Shown here: piece after piece, positions 31,857 to 38,381 of the stretch
How positions within the stretch are numbered: position 1 is the stretch's first letter
Layout of the letters: each line of letters begins with the position of its first letter
Assembly (NCBI GenBank): GCA_043788645.1
Contig: JAYVTS010000019.1
Coordinates: 1-49,919, forward strand
Reading direction: 5' to 3'
DNA: 49,919 nt
DNA from: Verrucomicrobiota bacterium
GTDB taxonomy: Bacteria > Verrucomicrobiota > Verrucomicrobiia > Limisphaerales > UBA9464
Translations under genes and position numbers: made by a program
Notes under the pieces: generated by a model
Databases searched by the model: none
What the model was told of the DNA's origin: nothing
What the model saw: only the letters and a program-made list of their open reading frames with translations

Positions 31857-32021
31857 TTAGCCGTAATTGATGCCTCTGGGCTGTTGGCGAATTACTTTGC
31901 GACCGGATGCGGCCTGCCGTTTCTTTGCGTCCCTAAAGATGGCCTTCAAATCATAATTCCACCGCTCTGCCTGCTCCTGTCGGGCTTTCCGGACCTCTTC
32001 GACAATCTCGTCTTTATTCAT
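31857..32021 (-). CDS. Small 54-aa protein (not in the ORF track), likely partner of the upstream PIN-like gene
   Basis: Manual translation gives MNKDEIVEEVRKARQEQAERWNYDLKAIFRDAKKRQAASGRKVIRQQPRGINYG. The ATG at 32021 overlaps the PIN-like stop by 8 nt (ATGAATAA). GGGAG lies about 10 nt upstream. Confidence 0.6.
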   Translation of the reverse strand: MNKDEIVEEVRKARQEQAERWNYDLKAIFRDAKKRQAASGRKVIRQQPRGINYG

Positions 32022-32499
32022 GTGCCGAATCTCCCATCAATTCTTCTGGTGTGCAAATCACTGGGGCGGTAAATCCGTGACGGATGCAAACCGCTTGGAT
32101 CAAAGTGGCCATCTCGGCATTGGCAATGTGGGCGCAGTTCCAAGTCACTAGGAAGTGCATGCCGTGGACCGCAGCTAGGGCAATGTGACCAGCGTCGGTG
32201 GTCGCCTTCGCTGGCAGAGCCAATGAGGCAATCAGTGCATTGCCCAGCATAACGGCGTCGTCTGTCAGATCGAGCAACGGAAAGTCGGAGAGTGCATCGA
32301 GTCGTCGCGCCGCCGCCACCGGATCCCCCGCCGAGGCCTCATCAATCACCAGCGAGGAGATGAAAATCTCAAAATGATTTCGCCGCTTCTCCCACCAATC
32401 CCGAGTGGTTTGTTGATGACCGGCCTGGATCAGGTCACGACTCGGCCGCGCCGTGAGGTAACTGGGCACCGTGGTTTCAAGATAGAGCCGTGCCTTCAC
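32014..32499 (-). CDS. PIN-like (VapC-family-like) domain protein
   Basis: The GTG at 32499 gives VKARLYLETTVPSYL (PIN N-terminal strand with E at the usual D). SSLVIDEA. TDAGHIALAAVHGMHFLVTWNCAHIAN (the PIN C-terminal motif with N at the usual D). Starts 10 nt after the Rep stop. Confidence 0.65.
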   Translation of the reverse strand: MKARLYLETTVPSYLTARPSRDLIQAGHQQTTRDWWEKRRNHFEIFISSLVIDEASAGDPVAAARRLDALSDFPLLDLTDDAVMLGNALIASLALPAKATTDAGHIALAAVHGMHFLVTWNCAHIANAEMATLIQAVCIRHGFTAPVICTPEELMGDSAHE

Positions 32500-32509
32500 G
32501 GCAAAAGTA

Positions 32510-33517
32510 CTAACCCGAGGGGCCGGGTGCAGCAAATGGCGCTGGAGAGCCTATCCCGTTCTGAGGGAGGCCCGGTGGTGATGGCGTGCCACGGGAGCGC
32601 CGCCGAATCTCCGCTTCTCCCCAACGAATTCGATCAGCGAATAGGGTCTCGACCGAGGGAGGATATAGGACGAGCCCTAGAAGTTCTGTTCGTCGGTGGT
32701 TCCAGAAATCCGCATTGCAGAAGAGCTTGACCGTGAACTCTCGGACGATGGGAAATCGTAAGGTTTTTCGCTTGTCCGCTGGCGTGATCGATCGGCGGTA
32801 GCCGCGGAAGACCCGGCGGACTCGAATGGCCTGGTCCACACTGATCTCGATCTCCTCAGGACGAGCCGCAGGAAGTTTGGCGCGGCCAATCACGCCCCAA
32901 AACCGGCCGGGTTTGGTGGCTAATCCGGGGACTACCTCGTGTTTGGCAACGTACCGCTTGGCCGCGTAGCCGCAGAGCTGGTGAAAGTTCTTGATCCGTT
33001 CGACTCGGGTCCCGGCTCGGTAGTGGCGCAGGGCGCCGCTGGCGACTACGTCGTACCAGTTTCGGGAAACCCAACGTTTGAAGGTGTCCTGGTTCTTGCG
33101 GTCCGGCTGCTCTCCGAACGGAATCAGGCGGCCAGCCCCGAGCCACCGACCGTCGCTGATGGTGTACCCGGGGAGGTCTCCCATACCCCATTCGAACCAG
33201 GCAACGACGCCGTTAAATTCCTGGCGCTCCACCTTGGCAAACGAGTGCCGCTCGATTTGGTGAGGGAACAGATCTGGGACGCCATAGATGATCAGATGGT
33301 AGTGGGGTGCGATCTGGCCGACGTTGGCCCCGCTCTTACCAGCTTGGAACTCAAGAGTCCACAGCGCCGAGGCACCTGGCCATCGGCGAGTGATCCGATG
33401 CCAGAACATTTCGAAATGCCGCTTAAAATCCTCGTGATAGGTCGGGAACTCGTTTGGGTAGGTCAAGGTGACGAAAATCGGCTGTTGGTCCCGTTGTAGG
33501 GTCGCCAGGAGCTCCAA
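32510..33517 (-). CDS. HUH-superfamily rolling-circle replication initiator (Rep), possibly frameshifted at its 5' end
   Basis: Motif I FVTLTYP, motif II (HUH) APHYHLIIYG, and motif III tyrosine region LCGYAAKRYVAK, in canonical order and spacing. The ORF track starts at a TTG (33517), but the frame stays open upstream to 33568 with no ATG. Confidence 0.75.
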   Translation of the reverse strand: MELLATLQRDQQPIFVTLTYPNEFPTYHEDFKRHFEMFWHRITRRWPGASALWTLEFQAGKSGANVGQIAPHYHLIIYGVPDLFPHQIERHSFAKVERQEFNGVVAWFEWGMGDLPGYTISDGRWLGAGRLIPFGEQPDRKNQDTFKRWVSRNWYDVVASGALRHYRAGTRVERIKNFHQLCGYAAKRYVAKHEVVPGLATKPGRFWGVIGRAKLPAARPEEIEISVDQAIRVRRVFRGYRRSITPADKRKTLRFPIVREFTVKLFCNADFWNHRRTELLGLVLYPPSVETLFADRIRWGEAEIRRRSRGTPSPPGLPQNGIGSPAPFAAPGPSG

Positions 33518-33783
33518 GAAGCGTCGGCGGGGTCGTCCGTTAATCGGTGAATGCCGACGGTCGAGGTTTCAATCGGCAGAGGGTTCGCGGAACTCATCGT
33601 CCCACCTCCGCGGATTCGATGATAGCGGGGACGGCCTTCCGGAGCCCGCGGGGAAGGGAGGGCCACGCTCTCGAGACGCGCTGGAGGTCGACGGGAATGT
33701 CTTGGGTTTTGATCTCGGCCGAGGGAGTGTGAGTGCCTTTGTGAGTCTTCCCGCGTAAGTCACTTTGGTTACAACGCTCCGGC

Positions 33784-33814
33784 GTAGGTTCAAGTCCTAC
33801 CTCTGGAGCCAATT
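33784..33814. repeat. attR core: displaced 3' fragment of tRNA-Asn (31-bp direct repeat)
   Basis: Identical to 28839-28869. The flanks differ on both sides. Confidence 0.95.
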
Positions 33815-33820
33815 CTATCT

Positions 33821-33898
33821 TCTGACCGTCTGCAACCGTCTGCAACCGTCTGCAACCGTCTGCGACCCTCTGCGACAAACCGCGACAAACCGCGACTT
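33821..33898. repeat. 10-bp-period tandem array (iteron-like): TGCAACCGTC x3 perfect plus about 5 degenerate units
   Basis: tctgaccgtc tgcaaccgtc tgcaaccgtc tgcaaccgtc tgcgaccctc tgcgacaaac cgcgacaaac cgcgactt, starting 7 nt beyond attR. Confidence 0.9.
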
Positions 33899-34238
33899 GG
33901 AGTAGTGTTTTCAACGATTTTCTCTCCTTTTCCATCCGCAACAACCGTGACATGCAACGACCGGTTTGAACTCGCAGCGCCTGGCGTTTGTGAGTGCAGT
34001 TGTGGGTGATTGGGGAGGTAGGCAGGCAGTTTCGCCATTGCGTCGGCTATGGGTAACATTGGTGGTATCGACTCGGATGCTGAGAAGCAGTGTCAGTTGA
34101 AGCTTTCGGATGGAGCAAGACCATTAGGCAACGACTCTCCATGCCCTAGTCGGATCACCAAGCCGCGACAGGTTTTGGGGGAAATTTTTGGAATTGCGCC
34201 CGTGTTCAACGATGAGATAAGATCAATTTGGAAATCGT

Positions 34239-34406
34239 ATGGCCCTCCCAGATCCAAAGACAAAGGCGAAGACGCCGAAGCAGGAAATTAGGCAACTTCA
34301 TGCGGCGGCCCGTAAGATCATTGCCTCGAAAGAATTGTCGCTTCGTTTTCTGGCGGCGACCGGAATGTATACCGCTTCCGGCGAGATTAAGCCGGAATTC
34401 CGCTAA
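34239..34406 (+). CDS. Small 55-aa protein (not in the ORF track), antitoxin-like position
   Basis: Manual translation gives MALPDPKTKAKTPKQEIRQLHAAARKIIASKELSLRFLAATGMYTASGEIKPEFR. Its stop overlaps the next ATG (TAATG at 34404-34408). Confidence 0.5.
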   Translation: MALPDPKTKAKTPKQEIRQLHAAARKIIASKELSLRFLAATGMYTASGEIKPEFR

Positions 34407-34811
34407 TGGTATCCCGTTCGCTGGTCCTCGGCTACCATGGTTATTCCTGCCGTCGTTGGCGCCGTTATGGATTTGGGTAACTGTCTAAACCTCATCGATT
34501 CGGAACACCTTGAAATCGTTGCGGCCGCTCATCGGATCTATTGCCAACTTTGCACGAGCTCGGGCGCTCAACCCTTGACGAACAAAGGCAAGGAAATGGC
34601 GGTCCGCTATCTCGACTGCGCCGGGTTCGAGACGCTCCATCACTTCCGCCGGGGCCAAGGTGAAGTTGCTTTTGATTCGGTTCGGGCCTTCTTTGTTGAA
34701 GGCCAGGAAATTTATCCCACCGCCGGGCTCAGATCTCTAGATCATATCCAGATTTGCGTCCGTTCTTTGGGCCAGATCACGGGCTTTTTCCTGCCGCGTC
34801 TCACGGTGTGA
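34406..34811 (+). pseudogene. Disrupted conserved hypothetical gene (N-terminal 24 codons in one frame, 124-aa remainder in another)
   Basis: The ATG at 34406 gives MVSRSLVLGYHGYSC... and stops at 34478. The frame from 34437 gives PAVVGAVMDLGNCLNLIDSEHLE...RYLDCAGFETLHH...FDSVRAFFVEGQEIYPTAGLRSLDHIQICVRS. This is consistent with an internal deletion or frameshift. Confidence 0.45.
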
Positions 34812-35624
34812 ACGTGGCCCAGTCGGCCAGCTGAGATCGCGGCAGGATGCGGGCGCCGTTCACCGTAACGTCAGCTTTCCGGGATGGTGGTTGGGAAACC
34901 AGGAATCGGGTTTTCGAGGTGCCGAGGGACGCTCCTTTCTAAACTGCTCGGGCTTGGCAGAAACTCAGCGCCTTTTCGCCGATCCAGGATCGTCTCTCCC
35001 CAGCGAATTCGATCTGTACCGCCCCTCCGTTGGCCGACTAGCCTTCTGGTATCCCACGTTCCACGGCTTAGCGACGACCACGATCCCGGCCCAAAGTAAC
35101 CTTCTCGGTCAAGGTTCGTTGCTTGAGGGGATCATTGGGCGGCAGGGCGAAAGCTGGAGCGGCGCCCGCGCATTTTCAATGGAGTCCAGACTCGGAAAAG
35201 GGGCGTTTCGATGGCTTTTTTTAACAACGGCCTTTCCTTTCATGGCAGCCATGAATTCCGAGACGGTTCAATTCGTGTCTCGTGATTGCTCAAGGCGCGT
35301 TACGGTTTCAAAGGTCATTACTCTGCAATTCCAATCGACGGTCAGTTCTTCCTTGCGTCCGGCCGTAATGCAAAGTTAGCGTCAAAAAAATCAGAAAAGC
35401 TTTTCCATCACCTCATGATAAACTCCGAACCTTTCGCTCACAGTCCGGCTGCTCGCATGCCAGGTCTGCGCGCAAGGCCGAGCCAGTTGATCAAGGGTTT
35501 ACTACCCCCAGAGTTCGGAAATGTGGCTCTGAAGCCCGTGGCATTTTCAAAATCAGAGTCGTTGTGCGAAAACGCGAAAAAACAAAACTAAACCCTAAAT
35601 TCCAAATCGATAGTGGCTTAAATT

Positions 35625-37373
35625 ATGAACAAAACGAAACAGATATTGGTCGCGGCTGCTGTGGCAGCTCTTAACACGCAGATGGCGTTTCGATCCCAGG
35701 CGGGTCTTTTCAAGATTGATTTCGGCCAATTTGAAAACGAGCGAGTGCCCTTGGATGCCGACGGAAACCCGTTACCTGCTCCTGCCCTCTTGGTCGATTG
35801 GACCGTCATCCCGACGTGGACCTACGCGGATCCCAATGCGAACGTAACTCCTGATTCTGCGAGTGCCAAAGGTACAGCGAATGCCGACGGCACGGCGGTC
35901 ACTTGGAAATTGATCGATGTCTCGTCGAATCCCAACAAAAACGTCACGCTCACGATTTTGGATAATAAGGCGCTGGTCGATAAACTGATGATCGATCCAC
36001 CTCCGTATATGCTTGGCCAGATCGCCAACAACCCCACCAAAGAGGGTCGCGCTGAGGTGTATGACGGAGTCCGGGTTCCTTCCGTCGTCAAAGACGATTA
36101 TCTCTATCGTTCCCCGGACACAGCCGGTACCGAAAGCCTGATGCGAATCGCCAATCTTGACCCAGGTACCTACAACGTCACCGTGTTTGAGGGTCGCACC
36201 ACCGACTCGGCTAGATTTGGAAAAATTTGGACGGATGATGTCACCGGCGCGAAAGAGCCCACGTTGCAAAACACCGGCAACTATGCCGGAAAGAACGATG
36301 CGGGAGATGTGCTTCCTGACGGACAACCGAGAACGGTCACGGTGAATTTAAAAGCGGGTGAGTTTCTTTGGTTCGCCGAGATGGAAGATAATTCCGGAGG
36401 AATCAGCGGAATGATTGTCCGATCCGTCGATCCGGTTGAATCAAAAGGTCTGTTCAAGATCGATTTCGGCCAGTTTGAAAACGAGCGGGCACCCTTGGAT
36501 GGTGACGGAAGCCCATTACCTGCTCCGGCTCCCTTGGTCGATTGGACTGTCATCCCGACGTGGACCTACGCGGATCCCAATGCCAACGTAATTACTAATT
36601 CTGCGAGTGCCACAGGTACTGCGAATGCTGACGGCACGGAAGTCACCTGGAAGCTGATCGACGCCTCCAAGGACGCCAACAAGAACGTCACGATGACCAT
36701 GCTGAATAATGTGGCTCAGAATGACGCCAACGGGTTCCCACCGGCGACGGGTCAGATCGCCAACAACCCCACCAAAGAGGGAATTGCGGTTTTGTACGAC
36801 GGAGTCTTGGTTCCCGCCGTCGTCAAAGACGACTACCTTTATCGGGCGCCTGACACCGCCGGCAGCGAGACTCTGATGCGCTTCGCCGGTCTAAACCCCG
36901 GGAAATACAATGTCACGGTATTTGAAGGTCGCACCACCGACAGTGGAAGATTTGGCAAACTTTGGGTGGATGATATCAAGGGCCTGAAAGAGCCCGCGGC
37001 GCAAAACACCGGCAACTATGCCGGAAAAAACGATGCGGGTGATGTGCTTCCCTTGGGACAGCCGAGAACGATGACCGTTGATATCAAAGCCGGTGAATAT
37101 CTTTGGTTCGCGGAAATGGAAGACAATTCCGGAGGCATTAGCGGCATGATCATCCGGGGCGTGACGACCACGGTCACTCCGGTCGCGGGATTGGTGGGCT
37201 CGGCTACGTTGGGCAGCGCCTTCGCGCCAGTTGCCGGGGCAACCGTGGATGCCACCGCCAAAACTATCACGGTGGCCAAGCCAGTCGGAAACTCGTTCTA
37301 TCGCGTCACCGGCAGCGCCAAAGTCACGAGTGTTTCTGTCGTCGGCGCCAACCTAGTGATTAAGTACGAGTAA
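35625..37373 (+). CDS. Secreted protein of unknown function containing two tandem ~248-aa repeats
   Basis: Signal peptide MNKTKQILVAAAVAALNTQMAF. Both repeats begin GLFKIDFGQFENER(V/A)PLD and end WFAEMEDNSGGISGMI(V/I)R. A strong terminator follows. Confidence 0.88.
   Translation: MNKTKQILVAAAVAALNTQMAFRSQAGLFKIDFGQFENERVPLDADGNPLPAPALLVDWTVIPTWTYADPNANVTPDSASAKGTANADGTAVTWKLIDVSSNPNKNVTLTILDNKALVDKLMIDPPPYMLGQIANNPTKEGRAEVYDGVRVPSVVKDDYLYRSPDTAGTESLMRIANLDPGTYNVTVFEGRTTDSARFGKIWTDDVTGAKEPTLQNTGNYAGKNDAGDVLPDGQPRTVTVNLKAGEFLWFAEMEDNSGGISGMIVRSVDPVESKGLFKIDFGQFENERAPLDGDGSPLPAPAPLVDWTVIPTWTYADPNANVITNSASATGTANADGTEVTWKLIDASKDANKNVTMTMLNNVAQNDANGFPPATGQIANNPTKEGIAVLYDGVLVPAVVKDDYLYRAPDTAGSETLMRFAGLNPGKYNVTVFEGRTTDSGRFGKLWVDDIKGLKEPAAQNTGNYAGKNDAGDVLPLGQPRTMTVDIKAGEYLWFAEMEDNSGGISGMIIRGVTTTVTPVAGLVGSATLGSAFAPVAGATVDATAKTITVAKPVGNSFYRVTGSAKVTSVSVVGANLVIKYE
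35703..37165 (+). repeat. Intragenic tandem duplication, period 744 bp (35703-36446 and 36447 to about 37165)
   Basis: The copies align at nucleotide level, with long identical runs such as ccttggtcgattgga and tcatccgacgtggacctacgcggatcccaatgc in both. Confidence 0.9.
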
Positions 37374-37406
37374 TCCAGACTGCCAGATTCCATTTGGGAA
37401 AATGCA

Positions 37407-37445
37407 AGCGGGCTTCCGTCCTTACGTACGGAAGCCCGCTTTTTC
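37407..37445 (+). terminator. Rho-independent terminator
   Basis: Perfect 13-bp stem agcgggcttccgt / acggaagcccgct, an 8-nt loop, then TTTT. Confidence 0.92.
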
Positions 37446-37578
37446 TATAACCTTGCCATTTTTTAGACTTCACCATCTTCGCTTTCGTAAACAGGGTTCC
37501 TGATAGGCAATTAGTTCTTGGACGCTCCGACTGATAAAAATTTGAATTCTCGACGCTCCGCGGTAATAACTGACTATG

Positions 37579-37911
37579 TCACACAGATTTCGTTACCTCA
37601 AACAGCCCGGGTTTTGTCCGTATCAGATCCAAAAGCCGGAGCGCCGCGCCGCTTGGTTTGCGCCGACCTTTTTCCCAACTGATCGAAGTCACCGAGGAAA
37701 CGTTCAGTAATGAGGCAAAAACCGCCTGGCTCACATTCAGCTTCCTGCGGATGGCTTCAACCCCTCTGGAATTGATCGGCTTAATCGGCTTCGGCGGTGT
37801 CAGTGTTCTGGTTCGCAGCGTGATTTTCCGCTTTCCGCGAAGGTGCTCGGCCATGGCTTCCACGCTGGCGACCAATGAATCGCCGTCGAATAGAATTCCT
37901 TTGCGTTTCAT
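37579..37911 (-). CDS. HTH antitoxin (COG2944 / MqsA-NadS-like C-terminal HTH)
   Basis: KLNVSQAVFASLLNVSSVTSISWEKGRRKPSGAALRLLDLI. Overlaps the toxin stop by 4 nt. Confidence 0.82.
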   Translation of the reverse strand: MKRKGILFDGDSLVASVEAMAEHLRGKRKITLRTRTLTPPKPIKPINSRGVEAIRRKLNVSQAVFASLLNVSSVTSISWEKGRRKPSGAALRLLDLIRTKPGLFEVTKSV

Positions 37912-38237
37912 GCTTTAATTTCCTCTTTAATCATCGCCACCGCAGATCGCAATCGTTTGAATTGATCGGAGGTCAAATATTCACTTTTTGCCTTCGTGAA
38001 CAGGTAGAAAAAAACGATGGTCGAGTGCCATTTTAAAAAGACGTAAATAACCCGCACTCCAGGCCGTTGGCCCCGTCTGGGCACTCGCAATTGAATTTTC
38101 TGTAAGCCTCCAGAACCTAGTATTAAGTCACCCTTTTCCGGATGAGCCATTAGCATATTTTGGAACTCGTTGTAGCTGGAATCGTCCACCAGCTTGTTCA
38201 CCGCGGTGGTGAATGATGGCAATTCGATAAACGTCAT
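37908..38237 (-). CDS. RelE/HigB-type toxin (COG4737-like)
   Basis: MTFIELPSFTTAVNKLVDDSSYNEFQNMLMAHPEKGDLILGSGGLQKIQLRVPRRGQRPGVRVIYVF fits the family pattern (F.e...F...l.d..y..lq..L...P..G..i.G.GGlrK.R...GkrGG.RvIY). The toxin comes first, as in higBA. Confidence 0.8.
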   Translation of the reverse strand: MTFIELPSFTTAVNKLVDDSSYNEFQNMLMAHPEKGDLILGSGGLQKIQLRVPRRGQRPGVRVIYVFLKWHSTIVFFYLFTKAKSEYLTSDQFKRLRSAVAMIKEEIKA

Positions 38238-38381
38238 CTCTGAACCCTATTACACAGTAACACGGTAGCAAGCGCAAAATCACTAATCTGATCGAGGTGA
38301 TCCGGGCCCGGCCATTCGATTGCCTCGAAATAGGTTGCCCCGTCTCGCCTCCTCTACTCCGCGGTTATAACGAACGCTCGG

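Larger units (their letters stand above)
28839..33814. mobile_element. Integrated element (~5 kb) in tRNA-Asn: integrase remnant, TA remnants, DUF2971-like cargo, PIN-like gene, HUH Rep
   Basis: An intact tRNA at the left end, a displaced 31-nt tRNA 3' fragment at the right end, an integrase-family ORF next to the tRNA, and a visibly AT-rich internal segment (30.6-31.8 kb). Confidence 0.85.

Noticed and set aside
33463-33597. Programmed -1 ribosomal frameshift joining the ATG-33597 frame to the Rep frame
   Set aside because: The frames differ in the direction a -1 slip would need. I see no X-XXY-YYZ slippery heptamer or obvious downstream structure in the overlap. A mutational or sequencing indel is the simpler explanation.
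28616-33898. Whether the short tandem arrays could be CRISPR repeats
   Set aside because: The units are 10-12 bp and directly abutting, with no spacers, and no cas genes are in the window. They are microsatellite or iteron-like arrays, not CRISPR.
34812-35624. ORFs 34884-35099, 34891-35379 and 35286-35591
   Set aside because: They overlap each other in different frames and lack motifs, signal peptides and RBS-like sequences. The region is more likely eroded non-coding DNA plus the promoter of the 35625 gene.
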